34,588 bases of DNA. Source: Fidelibacterota bacterium UBA1611. Its GTDB lineage: Bacteria > Fidelibacterota > Marinisomatia > Marinisomatales > UBA1611. A program made the position numbers and the translations under genes. Within the stretch, counting starts at the first letter, position 1; each line of letters starts with the position of its first letter. The stretch covers positions 2,078 through 36,665 of the forward strand of contig DCMX01000032.1 in NCBI GenBank assembly GCA_002321855.1, read 5' to 3'. Shown here in pieces: positions 27,452-34,588 of the stretch. Below the pieces are notes generated by a model. The model was given only the letters and a program-made list of their open reading frames with translations. It was not told where the DNA came from and did not search any database.

Positions 27452-27489
27452 ATACCAGATAATTAGTCTTATACCGATGTTTCTGGTAT
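27452..27489 (+). promoter_or_regulatory. Inverted repeat spanning the def-fmt spacer and the fmt start codon
   Basis: ATACCAGA (27452-27459) is the perfect reverse complement of TCTGGTAT (27482-27489). The loop is 22 nt. The 3' arm contains the AT of the fmt ATG (27488-27490). Confidence 0.25.
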
Positions 27490-28414
27490 GAGAGTGGTCT
27501 TCATGGGAAACCCTGGTTTTGCGATTCCCACCCTTGAAAAAATAACCCAAAGCCGCCATGATATCATGTGTATCGTTTCAAACCATCCTAAACCTATGGG
27601 CCGCCGAAAAATTTTAAAGTATACAGCTGTTGGTGAATATGCTAATCAGCATCAGATGTTACTTATCGAGATAGGGTCCTTTCAGAAGAATACGATAATC
27701 TCACAACTCGATTCGTTCAACGCTGATGTATTTGTAGTCGTTGCTTATCGGGTTCTTCCAAGGTCCATCCTTACCATACCAAAAATTGGTTCAATAAATC
27801 TGCACGCGTCACTATTGCCTAAATATCGAGGTGCCGCACCAATACAGTGGGCATTAATGAATGGAGATAAAACTACAGGTGTCACCACCTTTATTATTGA
27901 TCCAAGAGTGGATACCGGGGATATTCTTTTACAGAAGAAAATAGAAATCCATGATAGTGATGATTATGGTACTCTGTCTGAGAGGTCTAGCCATATAGGT
28001 GCTGATCTGATTGTTAATACTCTGGACCAGCTGGAAAAAGGAAAGACAGAACCTATAAAACAGGAAAAAGATCTTGCAACCCAGGCTCCAAAGATATCCA
28101 AAGAAATGACCAGGATAAACTGGAATTGGCAAGCATTGAAGATACATAATTGGATTCGAGGTCTGTCTCCCATTCCTGGTATGTCGACCAGCTGGAATGG
28201 GAAACGTATGCGGGTGTTTAAAACATCCGTTATTGAGAGTTCGGAGAATGACCTACCCGGAATCGTTCAGAAACGATCCAAGAATGAGTTGATCATATCT
28301 ACAGGGAAAGGCTGTTTGTCCTTGACAGAAATACAGCAAGACGGTAAGAAACGATTACTGATTGCCGAGTTCTTAAGGGGATGTACTGTTTCCGTAGGAG
28401 ATAAGTTTATTTAA
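27488..28414 (+). CDS. fmt: Methionyl-tRNA formyltransferase
   Basis: MRVVFMGNPGFAIPTLEKI, NLHASLLPKYRGAAPIQWALMNGD and the C-terminal Fmt domain. Lies directly after def. Confidence 0.95.
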   Translation: MRVVFMGNPGFAIPTLEKITQSRHDIMCIVSNHPKPMGRRKILKYTAVGEYANQHQMLLIEIGSFQKNTIISQLDSFNADVFVVVAYRVLPRSILTIPKIGSINLHASLLPKYRGAAPIQWALMNGDKTTGVTTFIIDPRVDTGDILLQKKIEIHDSDDYGTLSERSSHIGADLIVNTLDQLEKGKTEPIKQEKDLATQAPKISKEMTRINWNWQALKIHNWIRGLSPIPGMSTSWNGKRMRVFKTSVIESSENDLPGIVQKRSKNELIISTGKGCLSLTEIQQDGKKRLLIAEFLRGCTVSVGDKFI

Positions 28415-29736
28415 TGAAATACCCGTCTCGACAAGCAGCAGCAGATATTATAACCCAGTTTGATGTTACACGCCGACAGCTGAAGAAAGTTCAGCATGAA
28501 GCTTACAAAAAATTAAGACCCAAACCTGACTCATGGAATCGGACCATGGTTCTGACCAATGATGTGATTCGCTTGAAAGGCAGATTGGATCATATTTTGG
28601 AGCATGTGTCAGGTAAAAAAATGAATCATTTCCAACCAGACCTACGATCTATATTGAGGATCGGTTGTTACGAATTACTTTTTGATGACCATATACCTGA
28701 TTATGCAGCGATACATTCATCTGTTGATTTGACTAAAGAATCAATTAATAAGAAGGCCGCCGGTCTAATTAATGCGGTATTACGTAAAATACTGCGCCAA
28801 CATGAGAATGATCCTCATTGGCTGAATAAACTATCGAAACAACATCAATGGCTTTCATTTCCTGCATGGCTTATAAAAAAATGGGAAAAAAGATATGGTA
28901 AAGCAGATGCCATTAAACTTTGTAATACTTTTAACCATCCAGTGCCCATGTTTCTTAGGGTGAACCAAGCAAGGATGAGCATGGATAATGTTGTAAAGAG
29001 TTTGGCAGAAGATTCAATAGTGGTTGAACAGTTCAAGTCTATACCAAGTTTTTTAAGGGTGCTCAAATGGGGAAAGCATGTTTTAATGACACCATTATTC
29101 ACATCAGGGGTCATTTCTATCCAGGATCCTGCTTCTGCGGCAATTATTTATTTGCTGGAACCGAAGATCGGAGAAACAGTTCTAGATGTATGTGCTGCAC
29201 CTGGTACAAAATCACTTATGATAGCCGAAATGGTAGGGTCTGATGGTACCGTTCTATCATCCGATAAGGATTATAGAAGAGTTGAGATGGGAAAATTGGA
29301 TATAAAAAGACATAAATTAAAGAATATACATTGGTCAGTTCTGGATGCCATGAAAGATCATTTCCCAATTTCAAAGAAGATCCTTATCGATGCTCCATGT
29401 ACCGGGACCGGTGTGATCGGACGGAGGCCTGATATCAGATGGCGTCGCCGGCCTGGTGATGTTGTTGCAATGGCTGAGCTACAGTTTTCAATATTAAATC
29501 ATATATCCCGTTATCTTCTATCAGGCGGTATCATGGTTTATTCTACCTGCTCATTAGAGCCTGAAGAGAATTGGGAAGTTGTAGATCGGTTCTTAAACTC
29601 AAATAGAGGGTTTAAATTAGTTCCGCCATATTCGAATATTCCGAAGAAATGGGTAAGTGAGAATGGATTTCTGATGACCTCTCCAGTTCACCATGGCACT
29701 GATGGTATGTTTGCGGCAAAGTTATTAAAAATATGA
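28414..29736 (+). CDS. rsmB: 16S rRNA (cytosine-C5) methyltransferase RsmB/Sun
   Basis: NusB-like N-terminal domain. SAM-methyltransferase motifs DVCAAPGTKS, ILIDAPCTGTGVIGRRPDIRW and YSTCSLEPEEN. TAATG overlap with fmt. Confidence 0.9.
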   Translation: MKYPSRQAAADIITQFDVTRRQLKKVQHEAYKKLRPKPDSWNRTMVLTNDVIRLKGRLDHILEHVSGKKMNHFQPDLRSILRIGCYELLFDDHIPDYAAIHSSVDLTKESINKKAAGLINAVLRKILRQHENDPHWLNKLSKQHQWLSFPAWLIKKWEKRYGKADAIKLCNTFNHPVPMFLRVNQARMSMDNVVKSLAEDSIVVEQFKSIPSFLRVLKWGKHVLMTPLFTSGVISIQDPASAAIIYLLEPKIGETVLDVCAAPGTKSLMIAEMVGSDGTVLSSDKDYRRVEMGKLDIKRHKLKNIHWSVLDAMKDHFPISKKILIDAPCTGTGVIGRRPDIRWRRRPGDVVAMAELQFSILNHISRYLLSGGIMVYSTCSLEPEENWEVVDRFLNSNRGFKLVPPYSNIPKKWVSENGFLMTSPVHHGTDGMFAAKLLKI

Positions 29737-30491
29737 TGGGAAAAATTGCAAAGTATATAGGTATTCTTGGTGCTCTATCTGTTATCATCATCATCATCAT
29801 TGATAATATCGTTATGCCAGCATATGTGCGTCATAGGGAGGGACGCTATATGGTCAATGTGATCAATAAATCCGCAGAGTACGCTAAAAAGGTTCTAAGA
29901 TCCGAAGGATACAAAGGTTTGGTATCGGATACAATACATTCTTCCGCATACATACCAGGAACCGTAGTTGATCAATATCCGGCACCGAATATGCGAGTTA
30001 AAAAAGGACGAACCGTACGTTTGAAAATAGCGCTGGGCGAGAAGATGGTTACTGTCCCTGATCTTGTTGGCAGGTCACAGCGCAGTGCTGAGCTAGGATT
30101 ATCTCAGGTTGGCTTAGAAATCGATACTGTCTATAGGGAGTATAATTCTGATGTTCCATTCGGTAATGTAACCTGGCAGTACCCGAAGGGGGGTGACCAG
30201 CTTAATCGGGGAATGGGTGTGCATATAACTACAAGTCTGGGTGTACCACCAAATTTCTTCCAGGTTCCTAATGTCTTTGGGTTGAGCAAGAAAAAAGCCA
30301 TCGATGAGCTCGAAAAGTCTGGACTCAAACTTGGGAAGATCTATTATCGACAGAATGAGGATTTGATACCTTTTACCGTTCTGGACCAGTCAGTTCTATC
30401 AGGGACAGTGCTCGAAGAACCTTCTCCGGTCGATCTAACGATCAGTGTATTGGACATGCAAGATATTTTTAACCAGATCATCGATAAGTGA
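29733..30491 (+). CDS. Membrane-anchored triple-PASTA-domain protein with no kinase or transpeptidase domain
   Basis: Short cytoplasmic N-terminus and one TM helix (IGILGALSVIIIIIIDNIV). Three units of about 65 aa of PASTA type follow (VNVINKSAEYAKKVLRSEGY..., VTVPDLVGRSQRSAELGLSQVGLEI..., FQVPNVFGLSKKKAIDELEKSGLKLG...). ATGA overlap with rsmB. Confidence 0.8.
   Translation: MMGKIAKYIGILGALSVIIIIIIDNIVMPAYVRHREGRYMVNVINKSAEYAKKVLRSEGYKGLVSDTIHSSAYIPGTVVDQYPAPNMRVKKGRTVRLKIALGEKMVTVPDLVGRSQRSAELGLSQVGLEIDTVYREYNSDVPFGNVTWQYPKGGDQLNRGMGVHITTSLGVPPNFFQVPNVFGLSKKKAIDELEKSGLKLGKIYYRQNEDLIPFTVLDQSVLSGTVLEEPSPVDLTISVLDMQDIFNQIIDK
29784..29800 (+). repeat. (ATC)5 trinucleotide microsatellite encoding poly-Ile in the PASTA protein TM helix
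   Basis: The sequence atcatcatcatcatcat is read directly and is in frame, giving I18-I23. Confidence 0.9.
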
Positions 30492-31081
30492 ATCCAATCC
30501 CACGTGGCGAACTAGCCAGAAAATTGATCCATATTATAAACTTAGTTATCCCATTGAGCTATTTATGGATCTTTCAGAATCAGATAACCATGGTTGGGAT
30601 ACTGCTTTTTTTTACGATTCTTTCTATTTTTATTGAAATGTTCAGAGTACGAAGTAGCCGGGTGTCATCATTTTTTGAACGCTGGCTGAATTTCATGATG
30701 CGTGAAAATGAAACTTCCGGAAATATCACTGGTGCAACCTGGGTTTTTGTTGGTGCTTTTCTAACTGTACTGTTGGTTCCTAATCCATATGCGGTATTAG
30801 GCTTGATCTTTTTATCCGTTGGTGATACGGTGGCCGCACTCATCGGTATTGGTTATCCTCTTGTTCGGATTGGAAGAAAAACCTTGTCTGGGACATTATC
30901 CGGATTCGTTGTATGTGTCTTAGCAGGGAAAGCAATCGGGTTACCTGTGGGTGATCTTGTAATTATTTTTGGAGCGTTTGTAGCCATGGTCGTAGAATTG
31001 ATTCCTTCTCCAGTTAATGACAATGTTACCATACCATTATCTGCTGGCTTGGCAATGGCATTAATTGGCTCAGCACTGTGA
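30488..31081 (+). CDS. Polyprenol/dolichol/phytol-kinase-family membrane protein (CTP-dependent kinase superfamily)
   Basis: N-terminal ELARKLIHI, about six TM helices, and SVGDTVAALIG, as in the Sec59/VTE5/DGK1-type family. GTGA overlap with the PASTA gene. Substrate unknown. Confidence 0.6.
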   Translation: MNPIPRGELARKLIHIINLVIPLSYLWIFQNQITMVGILLFFTILSIFIEMFRVRSSRVSSFFERWLNFMMRENETSGNITGATWVFVGAFLTVLLVPNPYAVLGLIFLSVGDTVAALIGIGYPLVRIGRKTLSGTLSGFVVCVLAGKAIGLPVGDLVIIFGAFVAMVVELIPSPVNDNVTIPLSAGLAMALIGSAL

Positions 31082-33150
31082 CGGTCTTATCTCCATTCAT
31101 CCTTTGGTTCTTGACTGCTATCAGCATCCCCGTCATTATCCATTTTTTAAGTCGTTTACGTATCAAGAAAGTTGATTTTAGTACGGTTAGATTTATCAAA
31201 ACGCTTGAAAGAAGTACCATGCGTAAGACCAAGATCCGGCAATTAATTCTGATGCTACTACGCATAGGGGTCATAGCTGCGTTCGTATTTATGATGGCCC
31301 GCCCTGTCACGGAAGGGTTCATGCCTGGCTGGATAGCTGCAGAGTTGGACTCAAGGCTTGTTCTGGTCATCGATAATTCTGCTAGTATGAATGTTAAGAC
31401 TGATACTGGTACGTTCTTAGAGAGATCAATATCTGGCGCAAGCTCCATCATAGGATATTTTGGAGAACAAACCACTGTTGATATTGTGCAAACATGTCCA
31501 CCTGAGATCTTATACACTGGTAGGATCAATGATCCGATCATTCCAGTTGTTTTAGAATCGATCCTTCCGTCTGTTAATAATGATAATATCTGGTCAGTAG
31601 TGGATTCTGTTATTACCCGTGATAGGATATATGAGCCTATTAGGGAATGCATCATTTTTAGCGATTTTCAGCATAGACCGGATACTTCATTCAACAAGAA
31701 TAATAACACAAGATCTAAGTGGCATTATTATTTTATCAATCCTGGGGAGGTCCAAGATAATCTGTCGATAGATAATGTAGAGATCATAAATCGAATAAAA
31801 ATACCAAATCAACTATTGAAACTAAGATCGCGGGTCAAGAATTCTGGTAGGATCTATAGTCCTAATACGCCTCTGGAATTATTTTTCAATGACCATAGGG
31901 TTGGTCAAGTGATATCGGATTTTGAACCTGGGTCCAAAAGGGAATTTATTTTTCAGGCCTACCCTGGTATCCAAGGAATATTAAAGGGAAAGGTGCAATT
32001 ACCGAATGATGATTTTGAACAGGATAATATCTGGTACATCTCTTTACCTATATTGGAAAATATTCGTTGTCTCTTGCTTGGTAGCTCGCAGGAAGATATA
32101 ACCATACTAAAAATGGTTTTCAGTGCGATCGATCCTGATGGAGAATTCCTTAAAATAGAAGCTCAGGTCCAACCCAGTTTAAATCGATTATTCCTAGATG
32201 ATCAAGACGTTGTTGTGATTCATAATCCCATTGAAGTAACTGAATCAGGTGTTGAAGCGATCAATAACTATCTCAGGAATGGTGGTGGGATCATCTGGTT
32301 CTCAGGTGAGATGGATATGGAACGTGTCCATCCTGATCTTTTCGATCGTATAGGATTCCCAAAACCCGAAGAGGTCGTGCGAGCCGGCGATGGATTTTTC
32401 AATGTTTCTTTGCCAGAAGTCATCCCAGAGATATTGTCCAATCTAAATGTACGCAGTATAGATAAAGAAATACCGGAATTTTTCCAATATGTTCGCCATA
32501 CTCCGTCCAGTAAGCATAATGTCCATCTTCGGCTTAATAACGGTGACCCATACTTGATAGAGTTTACAAAAGGTAGCGGGTATGTCTTTTATTTAACCTC
32601 CCTATTGGACCTTAACTGGAGTGACCTGCCAGTTCGTGGGATACTGGTACCGCTTATGTATAAGCTCCTGATCCTGGCTGGAACAGATGAAGTGAACACA
32701 TCACCAGTGATAGTGGGAGCTCCGAAGTGGATCTCGCTTGATCAGGATATTTTGAGGAACCAGTGGGAGGTTGAGACACCTTCTGGTAAAAAGGAACTAA
32801 TCGTTCCTGATTTTAATCGGGAAGGGATCATGTTTTATCGCACAACAGAGCTGGGAACGTATAATGTTTTTCTGGATGATGAACTTTATACATCATTCTC
32901 AACACAGTTGCACCCCGACGAAGCACTCTACAATAAGATAACTGAAGACGATCTGAACAAGAATTTTACAGATGAAGATCATAAATGGATGAACCTGGAT
33001 TCTGATTTTAAGCAAGATTTTATGGAGCTTCGTCAGGGAAAATCCTTGTGGAGAACATTTTTGTTACTTGCGTGTATCTTTCTTTTGGCAGAAACACTAT
33101 TGGGAAGACCAATACTGCAGCAATTAAAAAAAGAGGATGGTATTGAATAA
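31078..33150 (+). CDS. BatA_N double-TM plus vWA-domain plus GATase1-like-domain membrane protein
   Basis: N-terminus FILWFLTAISIPVIIHFLSRLR...IRQLILMLLRIGVIAAFVFMMARP is the aerotolerance-regulator N-terminal double-TM signature. MIDAS-like LVLVIDNSASM (DxSxS). Later VVVIHNPIEVTESGVEAINNYLRNGGGIIWFSGE. C-terminal TM LWRTFLLLACIFLLAETLLG. GTGA overlap with the upstream gene. Confidence 0.7.
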   Translation: MTVLSPFILWFLTAISIPVIIHFLSRLRIKKVDFSTVRFIKTLERSTMRKTKIRQLILMLLRIGVIAAFVFMMARPVTEGFMPGWIAAELDSRLVLVIDNSASMNVKTDTGTFLERSISGASSIIGYFGEQTTVDIVQTCPPEILYTGRINDPIIPVVLESILPSVNNDNIWSVVDSVITRDRIYEPIRECIIFSDFQHRPDTSFNKNNNTRSKWHYYFINPGEVQDNLSIDNVEIINRIKIPNQLLKLRSRVKNSGRIYSPNTPLELFFNDHRVGQVISDFEPGSKREFIFQAYPGIQGILKGKVQLPNDDFEQDNIWYISLPILENIRCLLLGSSQEDITILKMVFSAIDPDGEFLKIEAQVQPSLNRLFLDDQDVVVIHNPIEVTESGVEAINNYLRNGGGIIWFSGEMDMERVHPDLFDRIGFPKPEEVVRAGDGFFNVSLPEVIPEILSNLNVRSIDKEIPEFFQYVRHTPSSKHNVHLRLNNGDPYLIEFTKGSGYVFYLTSLLDLNWSDLPVRGILVPLMYKLLILAGTDEVNTSPVIVGAPKWISLDQDILRNQWEVETPSGKKELIVPDFNREGIMFYRTTELGTYNVFLDDELYTSFSTQLHPDEALYNKITEDDLNKNFTDEDHKWMNLDSDFKQDFMELRQGKSLWRTFLLLACIFLLAETLLGRPILQQLKKEDGIE

Positions 33151-34414
33151 GGATTGGTCCGAAGGAATAGAAAAAGCTTTGACCGTCGGTGTTATTCTGC
33201 CAGGTGTGAGTGACTCAGATGTCAATAATCATTTGGATGAACTGGATCTATTGGCAGATACCGCCGGAGCGGAAGTAGTAGGACGTGTCACTCAGCGTTT
33301 ATCACGAATAAACCCATCCTTTTTTGTTGGTAAGGGTAAGGCCGAACAGATAATCGGCCAGGCAAAAATGCTGAATGTCGATCTTATCCTTTTCGATGAT
33401 GAGCTAAGCCCAGCACAGATAAAGAATTATCATAGAATGGCTGATGATATTAAGATAATGGACAGGAGCGGTCTGATACTGGATATATTTCAAAAACATG
33501 CTCAGACCAGAGAAGCCAAGACCCAGGTGGAACTGGCTTTTTGTCAATATCTACTACCGAGATTAACACGCCAGTGGACGCATCTGGAGAGGCAAATGGG
33601 TGGTATTGGAACCAGGGCCGGGATGGGAGAAACACAGATCGAGATCGACCGGAGGCTTATACGAGATCGTATCTCCAAACTGAAAAAGGATCTGAAACGG
33701 ATCGATCGTGAGCGATATACCCAAAGCCAGCGCCGGAAAAACGAATTCAGGGTTGCCATGGTCGGCTATACGAACGCGGGTAAATCAACATTATTTAACG
33801 CACTGACCGGTGCAAATGTATATATTCAGGATCAATTATTTGCTACCCTGGATACAACCATACGTCAGTTGGATCTTGGTGGTCATCAACCTGCCTTATT
33901 GAGTGATACGGTCGGGTTTATTCGAAAACTTCCTCACAACCTGGTGGCATCATTTCGGAGTACGCTAAAAGAAGTATTGGAGTCCGATCTGGTTCTTATT
34001 GTTCTTGATGCGTCTTCGCCAATTTTGACTGAGCACGTGGAGACGATTCGTGATGTACTGAAAGAACTCGGTGCGGATCAAATAGCTGAAATTTCGGTAT
34101 TAAATAAGATCGACCTGGTAACTGATGAGAACCTGGTCAAAATGATTCAACGGCAATTTCCTGATGCGGTAGCTGTTTCAGGTCTGCAACATTTACGTCT
34201 GAAATCATTAAGGTCTCGAATCTTGAGTGTAATGGAGAAAGATCATGAAACAGTTGATCTTCAGATCCCGTATGAAAATGGTAAAATGATTGCTCTGGTT
34301 CAGGATGGAATAGAGGTTTTAGAGCGAACTTATGATGACCGGGGAATCAGACTTAAGGTCAGGGGTAACAAGGATCAGATAGAAAAAATATTAAAAAGGG
34401 TACTTGCTAAGTAG
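33137..34414 (+). CDS. hflX: GTPase HflX
   Basis: HflX N-terminal domain (ELDLLADTAGAEVVG..., LILFDDELSPAQIKN, VELAFCQYLLPRL). G1 MVGYTNAGKST, G3 DTVGF, G4 NKID. A-rich GAGG precedes the ATG. Confidence 0.95.
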   Translation: MVLNKDWSEGIEKALTVGVILPGVSDSDVNNHLDELDLLADTAGAEVVGRVTQRLSRINPSFFVGKGKAEQIIGQAKMLNVDLILFDDELSPAQIKNYHRMADDIKIMDRSGLILDIFQKHAQTREAKTQVELAFCQYLLPRLTRQWTHLERQMGGIGTRAGMGETQIEIDRRLIRDRISKLKKDLKRIDRERYTQSQRRKNEFRVAMVGYTNAGKSTLFNALTGANVYIQDQLFATLDTTIRQLDLGGHQPALLSDTVGFIRKLPHNLVASFRSTLKEVLESDLVLIVLDASSPILTEHVETIRDVLKELGADQIAEISVLNKIDLVTDENLVKMIQRQFPDAVAVSGLQHLRLKSLRSRILSVMEKDHETVDLQIPYENGKMIALVQDGIEVLERTYDDRGIRLKVRGNKDQIEKILKRVLAK

Positions 34415-34422
34415 TGATATTT

Positions 34423-34557
34423 TTATATTTTACAAATTTTTTCCAGTCCAGAGGAATTTATTGCTGATACCGAAAAATGAACAAAAAGAGAACAGGAAAG
34501 AAGCAGAATAGCAATAGCAAGGACCGTGGCATGAATGGGTAGAACTTTCTTATCCAC
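34423..34557 (-). CDS. Speculative 44-aa small ORF (lipoprotein-like signal), the only minus-strand candidate
   Basis: On the minus strand, GAGGAGG (34567-34561) is followed after 3 nt by GTG (34557-34555). The ORF reads (M)DKKVLPIHATVLAIAILLLSCSLFVHFSVSAINSSGLEKICKI, stop TAA (34425-34423). An in-frame upstream stop at 34575-34573 fixes the start. The SD spacer is short and there is no homology evidence. Confidence 0.2.
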   Translation of the reverse strand: MDKKVLPIHATVLAIAILLLSCSLFVHFSVSAINSSGLEKICKI

Positions 34558-34588
34558 TTTCCTCCTCTTATCTTACCTGATCGGTCAA

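Noticed and set aside
29784-29800. The (ATC)5 microsatellite in the PASTA gene, considered as a contingency locus.
   Set aside because: Slippage of a trinucleotide repeat stays in frame and would only lengthen or shorten a poly-Ile TM helix. Five units is short for efficient slippage.
31026-31655. A 209-aa ORF on the minus strand, the longest antisense ORF in the window.
   Set aside because: It lies entirely antisense to the 3' end of the polyprenol-kinase-family gene and the well-supported BatA_N/vWA coding region. It has no recognisable motif, a low-complexity S/T/I/L-rich composition, and no SD sequence. It is most likely a by-product of the codon bias of the sense gene.
1-34588. A search for CRISPR repeats, tRNA/rRNA genes, IS or transposon ends, integrases, reverse transcriptases, toxin-antitoxin pairs or nuclease/helicase/ATPase defence gene combinations.
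   Set aside because: None was found by eye. Coding density on the + strand leaves no room for an array or an RNA gene. No product shows recombinase, RT, nuclease or STAND/AAA defence-type motifs. A computational scan (tRNAscan, Infernal, defence-system HMMs) would be needed to be definitive.

Overview
This is an AT-rich bacterial chromosomal segment read with the standard genetic code. All 31 convincing genes lie on the + strand, and many are joined by 1-4 nt stop/start overlaps. I saw no rRNA, tRNA, CRISPR array, transposase, integrase, phage gene or recognisable defence gene.

Gene content, left to right:
- 1-5019 is the most accessory-looking part. It holds a 5'-truncated MORN-repeat gene, a secreted MORN_2 (YwqK-type) repeat gene, and three very AT-rich orphan secreted or lipoprotein genes. 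Two of those end in a BamE/SmpA-OmlA-like motif.
- 5185-8561 is a cell-wall trio: a TPR plus periplasmic-binding-fold protein with LpoA-like architecture, then PgeF/YfiH, then UppP.
- 8565-10980 holds a Na+/solute symporter and holA.
- 10967-13906 holds an ECF sigma factor, a zinc-less anti-sigma factor, a strong intrinsic-terminator-like hairpin, and a membrane GAF-GGDEF diguanylate cyclase.
- 13933-16097 holds a TPR protein and a LolB-like lipoprotein.
- 16103-26488 is a tightly coupled surface-glycan operon: GtrB/ArnC-like GT2, a second GT2, a GT-B transferase, an extended nitroreductase, a polysaccharide pyruvyl transferase, a Wzx-type flippase and a YfhO-type membrane protein, ending in an orphan histidine kinase.
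- 26565-34414 is a housekeeping string: yajC, def, fmt, rsmB, a kinase-less triple-PASTA protein, a polyprenol-kinase-family protein, a BatA_N-vWA protein and hflX.

Nothing here has the hallmarks of a known or novel defence or mobile system. The best candidates for something undescribed are:
- the GtrB-like/YfhO/nitroreductase/pyruvyl-transferase glycan operon with its attached kinase;
- the orphan secreted-protein islet at 3161-5019;
- the PASTA-only protein sitting where Firmicutes carry a PASTA kinase;
- the ECF sigma to hairpin to diguanylate cyclase arrangement.

All family assignments come from motif recognition by eye. No searches were run.
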